From contig CBDCJH010000002.1 in NCBI GenBank assembly GCA_965217775.1, positions 5,664,001 through 5,728,000 of the forward strand: 64,000 nt of DNA, in the 5' to 3' direction. Positions 27,767-35,868 of this stretch are shown one piece after another. A program made the translations under genes and the position numbers. The stretch is from Acidobacteriota bacterium (GTDB lineage Bacteria > Acidobacteriota > UBA6911 > RPQK01 > JAJDTT01). Position 1 is the first letter of the stretch. Each line of letters begins with the position of its first letter. The notes under the pieces are model-generated. The model was not told the DNA's origin. It made no database searches and saw only the letters and a list, made by a program, of their open reading frames with translations.

Positions 27767-29407
27767 CTAGCTGCCTTGGACTTGGAAGTTGTCCTGGACC
27801 CGGGTCCTGACGTCTTTGACCTGGTCCCAGACCTCGACTTCGAGCCGGTATTTGCCGGGTTCCAGGCTGCGCAGGTTCAACCTCTTGAGCAGGACCATTC
27901 TGCGGTCGGAGAAGAACTGGATCGATTCTCCTCGGCTGTCCGTGGCTTCCCCGATGACTTCGCCGTCGCGTGAAATTCGGTACGCCACCTGCATCTGGGG
28001 CGTATTGGAGGACTGGTCCATGCCGAAGTTGTAGAGGTGCAGGTAGACACCCAGCGGGAGCTTCTTGGAAAAGCTCTTGTCGATGCTGGGCCGGATCTTG
28101 ACGTCTCCCAGGACGAACATCTGGTCCTGATTGGGCGCCTCGGGAAGCTCCTGCATGTGGTTGGAAAGCAGCATTGAACTGCTGCTCAGCTTCTCCCTTT
28201 CCCGCATGCTGGGCGGTGGAATGATGCCGTGTTTGACGGCGCCGATGTTGTTGCTGGACAGGTCCTTCATGATTAGGTCGAGCTTGTAGCGGGTCCCACT
28301 GTCCAGTAGCAGCACCTTCTGGTAGGTGGCCCGCCCCTCCAGACCCCTCATCAGCCGTTCGGGTCCGAACGAAATCACCAGATCCTGATCGAATTCTTCG
28401 ATGAACTTGTTGCTGAGGCTGGTGACCACGCCGTAGAGTCCGACCCGGGCCGAGTGCGCCTCGCCGTCGGGTTCGAATGACAGGAATCTGTTTCGTATCT
28501 CGACCGTGATCGGAACCAGAACCTGCCCGTCGTTGAGCTTGAAGTAGTCGCTCCGAACGCGGAAGGGGAGGTTGGAATAGCCGACCTCCACCTTGACCAA
28601 CTCCTTGAGGTCCTTGTACTTGATCTTCTTGGGGACCATGACCCGGGAGAAGATCTCGTAACGCCGGAAGGGGTTGTTGTTGTGGAGCCGGGTCTCGTAG
28701 GCGGTGCTCCTGCCGCCGATCAGGGAAGGACGATGCTGCTTGTCGCTGATGCCCAACTGCTCCGACATGGTCAGGCCATATCCATCGAAATGGAGCAGAG
28801 CGTCCTTTTCGTCGGGGAACAGGGCCAGCTTGTACGTCCCCGTGTAGGTGCGGTCCACGAATTCCAGAACGATGTCGTCCCCGACACCCTCGAGGTGCCG
28901 GTAGCGCCACACCTCCAAGGGGTGGACCACCGTACTGCCCCCGCCCTCGCTGAAGGAGCGATTGTAATTGCCCCCAGTCACATAGCTCTCAATTTCATGA
29001 GGTGGTCCGTGGAGGATGTAGATCATCCCCCGGTCCGTCTTCCAGCCGGGCTTGCCGGCGTAGAATCGCTCGTTGACGTAGGCGATGCGCCGATAGTGTT
29101 CTTCCTTGAATTCGTTGATGGCCGTCCTCAGGTCCGGGTCCCGGCGGCGCCAGAACTGTTCGATGAACAACTCCTTCTCCTCGGGACTGGTCAGGCTCTT
29201 GAAAACGGATTCCTCCTCGTCGCTGATGATGTAGGTGACGTCCTGGTTCAGCCAGCGCTGGTAGTAATCCTCCGCTTCCTCCTGTTGAACGGCGGAGGTG
29301 TCCCTGTCGTCCTTTTTCTCTTTGGCCAGTGCCTGGTCAGGCAAGGAGAGTGACGCGATGAGCAAGAGGAGCAGCGACAGCAACGGAGGGTGGTGTTGCT
29401 TCTTCAT
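27767..29407 (-). CDS. GWxTD domain-containing protein
   Basis: Signal peptide; WLNQDVTYIISDEE; FWRRRDPD; EHYRRIAY; PGWKTDRGMIYILHGPP. Confidence 0.92.
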   Translation of the reverse strand: MKKQHHPPLLSLLLLLIASLSLPDQALAKEKKDDRDTSAVQQEEAEDYYQRWLNQDVTYIISDEEESVFKSLTSPEEKELFIEQFWRRRDPDLRTAINEFKEEHYRRIAYVNERFYAGKPGWKTDRGMIYILHGPPHEIESYVTGGNYNRSFSEGGGSTVVHPLEVWRYRHLEGVGDDIVLEFVDRTYTGTYKLALFPDEKDALLHFDGYGLTMSEQLGISDKQHRPSLIGGRSTAYETRLHNNNPFRRYEIFSRVMVPKKIKYKDLKELVKVEVGYSNLPFRVRSDYFKLNDGQVLVPITVEIRNRFLSFEPDGEAHSARVGLYGVVTSLSNKFIEEFDQDLVISFGPERLMRGLEGRATYQKVLLLDSGTRYKLDLIMKDLSSNNIGAVKHGIIPPPSMREREKLSSSSMLLSNHMQELPEAPNQDQMFVLGDVKIRPSIDKSFSKKLPLGVYLHLYNFGMDQSSNTPQMQVAYRISRDGEVIGEATDSRGESIQFFSDRRMVLLKRLNLRSLEPGKYRLEVEVWDQVKDVRTRVQDNFQVQGS

Positions 29408-29581
29408 GATCGCGATTGGTCGAAGCGTCCCCGGACCCGCGATCGGAACCGGACGCCTATCGGTACGAACGCCGTTTCACACGACTATAACAAATATCGG
29501 GCTGGCCGCGACATGCGCGGCCAGCCCGATGGTGAGGTTTCCGAGCGGAAAGCAAAAAGCGCGTCTACCCGCAGTGAAGCG

Positions 29582-30001
29582 TTAAGGCTCTCCCCGATCG
29601 TAGGTGTGAACCAGAACGACCACGACGAAGACGATGAGGCCGGTGATGACCACCCAGCTCATGAAGGACAAACCGAGCAGCATGCCGGCCTGGAACTGCT
29701 CGTTCATCTGCTCACTTTCCCGGGCCAGCCTGGCCAATGTCTCGTCGTCCAGCGTGGGTACCGCGACCGCGATCTGCTCCAGGTCGAACAGGTGTCCCAG
29801 ACGATCCTGCACCGCCGGGTGACGAAGCAGGGTCTGAACTTCACGAATATTGTCGGCGCGTGCGGCCGTCCGTTCCGAGATCTGGCCCTTCAACTCCTCG
29901 ATCGATACCAGGTGGACCGCCTTCTGAACCGGGATGGGACCGGCCTGCAGGCTCGTCGAGAAGACCAGGAGGACCGTAAGGAACAAAGAGATGGCTTTCA
30001 T
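29582..30001 (-). CDS. PA2779-like small secreted protein, copy C
   Basis: Near-identical to A and B; one-codon insertion after QAG (QAGMLLGL). Confidence 0.75.
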   Translation of the reverse strand: MKAISLFLTVLLVFSTSLQAGPIPVQKAVHLVSIEELKGQISERTAARADNIREVQTLLRHPAVQDRLGHLFDLEQIAVAVPTLDDETLARLARESEQMNEQFQAGMLLGLSFMSWVVITGLIVFVVVVLVHTYDRGEP

Positions 30002-30081
30002 TGTTTATGACCTTTGCAGCTGAATGGTGACAACCTTGTTTCCATGGAACCGTCCACGGCGCAGCCCGCCTCCGGCGATCC

Positions 30082-33000
30082 TCAGAAGTTGATCTTCCAG
30101 TAGAGCTGGATGATCCGCGGATCCAAGGTGTTGCCGATTTTTCCGAAGCCCTGGGGACTGTCCACGCTGTTGCCCGCCCCGCGCCAGTTGACCCGGTTGA
30201 AAGCGTTGAACATCTCCGCCGCGAAGCGGAAACTCACACCTTCGCTGATCTGGAAATCCTTCATGAGCGAAATGTCTTCCTGCATGAATCCGCAGTTCTG
30301 TGCGCTGGGATGGACGCGGAAGTTCCCCAACGTGAAATTGGCCGGCGGACTGAATGCGGCGGGATTGAAGATACGATCCCGTCCCGATTGGTTGGGATCG
30401 AAGTCGCCGCAACTGACGCCGGTCGTGGGCTTGACGCCGTGATTCCAGACCGCCCACGCGGGACCCATATAGGGAAGGAACTGTCCCGTGCCGACGGTCA
30501 GGGGATTGCCGGCGTGGTAGACGATGTGACCGGCGACCCTCCAGCCGCCGACCAGCAGGTTGGCCAATCGGCCGACGCCGCCGCCGAAGGTCTTGCCTCT
30601 TCCGAAGGGCAGCTCCCACGAAAAGCTCGCCTTGGTCGCCCAGGAGCGGTTGAATGGCACAATTGTCTTGGAGGAACTCCAAGTATCCCAATGCTGCAAG
30701 GATGACCCGGCTCGCGGCGCGAAGCTGCCCCTCTCCGCGACGTCCCCCGAAGTCAGCGATTTGGCAATGGTGTGCGACAACATGAAGTTCAACCCGGTGG
30801 AGAACCGCTTCTGCAGGATCAGGATGGCCGAGTGGTAGAGGTTGTAACCCGAGTGGGAGTTCAACTGGGCCACCCAGTTGTACTGGGGAAAGCGCCGCTG
30901 GGACTGTCCCACGGTTCCGGTGAATCCCGGATAGGGGCGAGTGTAGCCGGCGTCTCTGGCGGCCTGGGAATCGATGTCCTGCAGCAGGAGGTTTCCGAGA
31001 GAGAGATAGCTCAGGGGCAGTTGGTTGTAACGGGCGATCTGGGTGCCGACGACTCCGTGGCCCAACAGTCCGATGTATTCGGCAGTGAACACCATATCCC
31101 AGGGGAGCTCCCGCTCGATGGCCAGACCCATCCTCTGGGCGGTCCCCTGCTGGGTCTCGTTGACGTCCACGAAACCGACCGAGGAGCCGTTGATCAGGGA
31201 AGGGTTCAGGAACGGAAGGTTGGTGGGCAGAATGTTGATGCCCTGATCCCAATTGAGGGCCGGCGTCAGACCGAAGTCCGGGGTCGTCGCCGTCACCGAG
31301 GCGCCGAAACCCTGGTTGGGCATGCCGGCGCCGTTGCCCATTTCCCCGTTCAGGGGGAAGTACATCAGCCCGTAATAGCCTCGCGCCACGGTCTTGTCGT
31401 TCAATTGATAGGCCAGACCCAGCCGCGGCCCCAAACTCCTGAAGCCGACGTTGAAGGCCCGGACCCGGCCGTTGCGTCCCTCTCCCTCTCCGTAGAAGGT
31501 GAGAGCGCCCGGGAGGCCGCCCGCCTCCGGATTGGGAGTGTGGATGTCCATGAGGCCCCAGCGCCGGTAGGACTCATGGAAGGGTATGGGAATCTCCCAC
31601 CGGAGGCCGTAGTTGATGGTCAGCTTCGGCGTCGTCCGCCAGGAGTCCTGGACGTAGAAGGCCCAACTGTAGCTGGTGACCTTCCTGGCGCTGGCGGTCT
31701 CCTGGAGGACTTCGTCCACGTCGCCCATGAGGAAGGAGGCGAACCCGTCACCCGTCGAAGGAAAACCGGGTAGACCGCTGGTGCGGTTGCGGAAGGTGTA
31801 GGTGCCCGCCGTGTGGTTCTCCACGAGGAATCTCCCGGCCCAGATGCTGAGCTGGGCGCCGACCTTCACGTTGTGGTTCCCGCTGGTCCAGGACAGGTCC
31901 ATGAAGACGGGAACCGTCGACTGGAAGTGTGAGGCCGTGTCGGTGTTGTCACCGAAGCCGCCTCCGATTGCGCTCTGGATCCTCAGTCTGGGAATCGCGG
32001 TGGTCAACGCACCCTGGACGCAACCACCCGGACAATGGTCCGAGGCGGGCGGCAATTTCCCCTCTCCGTAGGTGATCCGGTTGATCCCGAGCCGGGTGCT
32101 GAAGAGGAGCGACGGGTTCACCGTCCAAAGGTGGTTCAGCCGAACCCGGACGCCGCGGCTCTCGACCGCGACGCTGTTCAGCCGGTTGGCCGGCGACAGG
32201 AAGCTCAGCTTCATATTGGGGGTGTCTTCCCAGCCGATGGTGACCTTGTGGTCCTCATGCTCGATGTCGGTCTTGAGATAGACCTTGTCGATGTCGAAGG
32301 TGTCGGAACCCTCACCCTCATAGTTGTTGGTCAGTCCGCCTTTGTTCGGTCCCGGATACGCCGTCATGAGGTGCTTGGCGACGCCGCCGATGCGGCTGGC
32401 GGGAATCGTGTTGTTGGGAAAGGGATCCCGCAGGAAGCCCCCCTGCCCATCCGGCCGGGTGGTGAGAGGATCGTAGATCATGCCGGCCCGGATGTCCCGG
32501 CCCATGACGTCGGTCCCGAGGGATGGACCGAGGATCTCATTGAAATTCCCTTGTCGCATGAGCTCGGTCTGGACGGTTCCGATCCTTCCGGACGGTTGCG
32601 TGGACCACTCATAACCGGTGTAGTTCATCATGAAGAAGGCCTTGTCCTTCACGATGGGGCCTCCCAGAATGAACCCCCACTCGTTCTGGATCTGATCGCC
32701 CTTCCCAGAAGCGGTCCACCGGCGCGCATCCAGGATGTCGTTGCGGTGAAACAGGAAACCACTCCCGTGGAATTCGTTGGTTCCCGACTTGGTGATCATT
32801 TCGACGGACACCCCGGAGTTGAAACCCTTCTCGGCATCCTGATTGGTCTCGATGCGGAACTCTTCGATCAGCTCGGGCGCCGGTCCGGTTTCGTCGCGCA
32901 GCCCCTGATGCCAGTTGATGCTGCTCTGGTGGCCGTCGGTGTTGTACCCGAGGGGGTTCCGTTGAGGCCCGTTGTCGCCCACACCGTGGATGGTCCCCTT

Positions 33001-33549
33001 GTTCCCGTCCCAGGTGGGCTTGAAGATCACGCCGGGAAGGGTATTGATCAGCACCATGGACTGCCGGACGAAGAAGCTCATGTGGACCGGAAGGACTTCC
33101 AGCACTTCCGAGTCCTGGGCGTGAGCCACGGTGGTGTCGGTGGTCTTGATCAGTGTCGCCGTACCCGCGACGGTGACCGTTTCCGTCACGTCGCCGACCT
33201 CGAGCACGATGTCGACCGTCCGGGTCGTGTCCGAGGTGACGCGCTGTCCCGTGACCGTTTTGGTCTTGAACCCGGTCAGGCCGCCCGTGACCTCATATTC
33301 GCCGATTCCGAGGGCCTGGATCAGGTAGTAACCGCTGTCGTTGCTCACCGACATTCTCTCGATGCCGGTGGCCACGTTGCGCGCGGTCACCTCCACACCC
33401 GGGATCACGCCGCCCGATGCGTCGGTGACGGACCCCTGGATGTTCCCGGCGCCCTGCTGGGCGCGCTGCGCCTGAACCGGTCCACCGAGATGGAAGCCGA
33501 GGATCAGTACCAGTAGAAAGCAGGAAAACAGGTGGATTTTCGGTCTCAT
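30082..33549 (-). CDS. Oar-type TonB-dependent receptor, copy C
   Basis: Intact paralog of A and B. Confidence 0.93.
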   Translation of the reverse strand: MRPKIHLFSCFLLVLILGFHLGGPVQAQRAQQGAGNIQGSVTDASGGVIPGVEVTARNVATGIERMSVSNDSGYYLIQALGIGEYEVTGGLTGFKTKTVTGQRVTSDTTRTVDIVLEVGDVTETVTVAGTATLIKTTDTTVAHAQDSEVLEVLPVHMSFFVRQSMVLINTLPGVIFKPTWDGNKGTIHGVGDNGPQRNPLGYNTDGHQSSINWHQGLRDETGPAPELIEEFRIETNQDAEKGFNSGVSVEMITKSGTNEFHGSGFLFHRNDILDARRWTASGKGDQIQNEWGFILGGPIVKDKAFFMMNYTGYEWSTQPSGRIGTVQTELMRQGNFNEILGPSLGTDVMGRDIRAGMIYDPLTTRPDGQGGFLRDPFPNNTIPASRIGGVAKHLMTAYPGPNKGGLTNNYEGEGSDTFDIDKVYLKTDIEHEDHKVTIGWEDTPNMKLSFLSPANRLNSVAVESRGVRVRLNHLWTVNPSLLFSTRLGINRITYGEGKLPPASDHCPGGCVQGALTTAIPRLRIQSAIGGGFGDNTDTASHFQSTVPVFMDLSWTSGNHNVKVGAQLSIWAGRFLVENHTAGTYTFRNRTSGLPGFPSTGDGFASFLMGDVDEVLQETASARKVTSYSWAFYVQDSWRTTPKLTINYGLRWEIPIPFHESYRRWGLMDIHTPNPEAGGLPGALTFYGEGEGRNGRVRAFNVGFRSLGPRLGLAYQLNDKTVARGYYGLMYFPLNGEMGNGAGMPNQGFGASVTATTPDFGLTPALNWDQGINILPTNLPFLNPSLINGSSVGFVDVNETQQGTAQRMGLAIERELPWDMVFTAEYIGLLGHGVVGTQIARYNQLPLSYLSLGNLLLQDIDSQAARDAGYTRPYPGFTGTVGQSQRRFPQYNWVAQLNSHSGYNLYHSAILILQKRFSTGLNFMLSHTIAKSLTSGDVAERGSFAPRAGSSLQHWDTWSSSKTIVPFNRSWATKASFSWELPFGRGKTFGGGVGRLANLLVGGWRVAGHIVYHAGNPLTVGTGQFLPYMGPAWAVWNHGVKPTTGVSCGDFDPNQSGRDRIFNPAAFSPPANFTLGNFRVHPSAQNCGFMQEDISLMKDFQISEGVSFRFAAEMFNAFNRVNWRGAGNSVDSPQGFGKIGNTLDPRIIQLYWKINF

Positions 33550-33751
33550 GAACTCTCCCATTTTAATGAATTGCGGAACCGAGGTTTCTTCGTCCGCTAC
33601 GATGGCTCAGATCTCGGCCTTCACTGCAGGTCATGCCGGAATTTTGCTTATGTCGGCTGGGCGCAGTTGCTCACAAGGATTCCGAGTTCTGAGGATGCTC
33701 CATAAGCCCTAAGCACGCATGTAGCGCTGGGATGCAAGGACAATCTGGATT

Positions 33752-33780
33752 TATCTAGCAAGAGAAGAAGAGGAAGTCAA
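33752..33780 (-). promoter_or_regulatory. Candidate sigma70 promoter for receptor C
   Basis: TTGACT-N17-TAGATA on the minus strand just downstream of tRNA-Leu. Confidence 0.45.
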
Positions 33781-33799
33781 CACCCCCATCCAAATTGTG

Positions 33800-33888
33800 T
33801 GGTGCCGGAGGGGGGAGTCGAACCCCCACGGGTGTCGCCACCCGCCAGATTTTGAGTCTGGTGCGTCTGCCAATTCCGCCACTCCGGC
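33800..33888 (-). tRNA. tRNA-Leu(CAA)
   Basis: GCCGGAG acceptor stem; CCAGA-CTCAAAA-TCTGG anticodon arm; long variable arm; TTCGACT T-loop; encoded CCA. Confidence 0.96.
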
Positions 33889-33943
33889 TCCCGTCGATGG
33901 AACCGCCCGTCGAGTCTCGCAGTATATCAGCCCCTTGCGGAAG

Positions 33944-34111
33944 CCGTCGCTGGCCGGCCGGAAGCGACCAGAGTCCGAACCCGATTTCCTCGATGGTGAT
34001 TGCAGTCATGAACAGATCCGAGGTCGCTCCACTGTTGGGCGAGCCGAGGACCCGAGACGACATCACGGTCTTCATGACCTCCGAGACGACGTTGGTGTCC
34101 AGCACGATCAT
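33944..34111 (-). pseudogene. Truncated PIN-domain toxin (VapC/FitB-like)
   Basis: MIVLDTNVVSE...TAITIEEI...LPAGQRR; homology then ends and the frame runs through the tRNA. Confidence 0.8.
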
Positions 34112-34341
34112 TCGAGGATGTTCGGTGGGACATGCGGCGTGCGCGGCTGCAACTCAAGGTCGACACCATGGTTCGGACCGAAAAGCTCGGTGGCCAGGTC
34201 TCCCACGCGCTCGGGTCCGGATACCGCCGTTCGCAGGATCGAACGGACTTCTTCCTCAACGGATACTCCGCGCCGCGCGGCGCGGAGACGCAGCCGGGCG
34301 ATGATGTCGTCATCGAGCTTTCTGATGCTCAAGTTGCCCAT
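34108..34341 (-). CDS. FitA-like ribbon-helix-helix antitoxin
   Basis: MGNLSIRKLDDDIIARLRLRAARRGVSVEEEVRSIL; 4-bp overlap with the toxin start. Confidence 0.85.
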   Translation of the reverse strand: MGNLSIRKLDDDIIARLRLRAARRGVSVEEEVRSILRTAVSGPERVGDLATELFGPNHGVDLELQPRTPHVPPNILE

Positions 34342-34472
34342 TGTCAGTGCTCCAGGTAGCAAATGTAAGGCAGCATTGCTTTCATAATTGTACGCCGTTT
34401 CCTCGTCAGACCCCGGCTTCGCTCCTGGACAGTGGGCACCGGATGCCGGAAGATGCCGCCGAAGGAGATCCC

Positions 34473-35720
34473 ATGCCCAATGCGGAGATCGTCGCCATCG
34501 GTTCTGAGCTGCTTCTGGGGCAGATCGTCGATACCAACTCGGCCTGGATGGCCGATCGTCTGACCGGGCTGGGAGTCGATCTCTTCTACAAGACCGTGGT
34601 TGGGGACAATCCGGGCCGGATGGAGGAGGTGATCGGCCGGGCCCTGGATCGTTCCGACATCGTGATCACCGGCGGCGGTCTGGGACCCACCCGGGACGAC
34701 CTGACCCGGGAAGTGATCGCCCGGGTGACGGGACGGCCGCTGGTCCGGGACCCGGATCTGGTGCAGGAGATCCACACCCGGTTCCGCAGCCGGGGCCTGA
34801 TCTTGACGGCCAACAACGAGCGTCAGGCCGATATCCCCCAGGGAGCCGTGCCGGTCCACAATCCCAACGGCACCGCCCCTGCCTTTCTGGTGGAGGATCC
34901 GCGAGGCGTCGTCATCGCTCTGCCTGGGGTTCCCCATGAACTCAAATGGCTCTTCGACCATGAGGTGATTCCCCGCCTGAGACAACGCTTTCGACTGGAC
35001 CACGTCATCGTCTACCGGGTGCTCAAGGTTTCCTCCATGGGGGAGAGCCACGTGGACCACCTGATCGGTCACCTCATCACCGAATCCACCAATCCCACCG
35101 TGGGCGTCCTGGCCCATCCCGGCCAGGTGGATGTGCGAATCGCCGCCAAGGCCCCCGACCGGGCAGAGGCAGCAGGGTTGATCGCCCCGGTTGAGGGGCA
35201 GGTCCGCAAACTTTTGGGGCGCCATGTCTTCGCCGCCGACCGGGAGTCCATGGAGGACTCGGTGGGAGAGCTGTTGAGGCGGGCCGGCCTGCAAATCGCC
35301 GTCTACGAGGATATTACCGGAGGCATGGTGGCGGAGAGATTTCAGATGGCCGATCCGGACCGCCTGGTCGAAGGGGTCATTGCCGGCGGTCCCGATTCCG
35401 GCCGGCGACTTCTGGAGGCGGCGGGGGGCGATGGGTCGGTGTCGGACCCGGAACTCCGGACACAAGAGCTGGCTCGGGCCCTCCGGACGGTCTGCCGCGC
35501 CGACCTGGGCCTGGCCGTGCATGGGATTCCGGACCCGGAGGATCGAAGCCGGAACTTGGCGAAGGGTAAATCCTTTTTCTGCGTCACCGACGGCCGAACC
35601 ATGGAGGCTCGCAGTTTCGGAATGGCCGGCCGTGGCCGGCCGGACCGGACCCGCACGAGTCTTTACGCCCTGGACCTGGTGCGGATGTCGCTTTTGGGCG
35701 GCATGGGACAGGAAGGGTAG
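34473..35720 (+). CDS. cinA: CinA family protein (MocF-like domain + degenerate PncC domain)
   Basis: GSELLLGQIVDTNS; GGLGPTRDDLTR; NPNGTAP; LPGVPHE; GAAGGAG RBS. Confidence 0.9.
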   Translation: MPNAEIVAIGSELLLGQIVDTNSAWMADRLTGLGVDLFYKTVVGDNPGRMEEVIGRALDRSDIVITGGGLGPTRDDLTREVIARVTGRPLVRDPDLVQEIHTRFRSRGLILTANNERQADIPQGAVPVHNPNGTAPAFLVEDPRGVVIALPGVPHELKWLFDHEVIPRLRQRFRLDHVIVYRVLKVSSMGESHVDHLIGHLITESTNPTVGVLAHPGQVDVRIAAKAPDRAEAAGLIAPVEGQVRKLLGRHVFAADRESMEDSVGELLRRAGLQIAVYEDITGGMVAERFQMADPDRLVEGVIAGGPDSGRRLLEAAGGDGSVSDPELRTQELARALRTVCRADLGLAVHGIPDPEDRSRNLAKGKSFFCVTDGRTMEARSFGMAGRGRPDRTRTSLYALDLVRMSLLGGMGQEG

Positions 35721-35740
35721 GGCACCCCTCGTGGATGCCC
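35717..35740 (+). repeat. REP-like palindrome
   Basis: GTAGGGCACCCCTCGTGGATGCCC at the cinA stop. Confidence 0.6.
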
Positions 35741-35766
35741 TTTTCGATCCTTCGCTTTCTTGGGCA

Positions 35767-35860
35767 GGAGCGGCGATTTCCAGTCGCCGATTTCCGGATG
35801 AACAGTGGGACAGAAAGGGACCGGGCGGAGGAAGAGTGGGCGACTGGAAATCGCCCCTCC
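35767..35860. repeat. REPIN-like inverted pair (unit boundary 4)
   Basis: GGAGCGGCGATTTCCAGTCGCC ... GGCGACTGGAAATCGCCCCTCC (21/22 match) between convergent genes. Confidence 0.8.
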
Positions 35861-35868
35861 GCGCGAAT

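Noticed and set aside
18965-33549. Diversity-generating retroelement explanation for the receptor variants
   Set aside because: No reverse transcriptase in the window; repeats are full-gene length; differences include many synonymous changes and an indel, and are not evidently adenine-specific
33800-33888. tRNA-Leu as the attachment site of an integrated island
   Set aside because: No integrase and no convincing duplicate of the tRNA 3' end found in the window
33755-34111. Full-length 118-aa VapC toxin
   Set aside because: The C-terminal half is translated tRNA sequence and lacks the remaining PIN acidic residues
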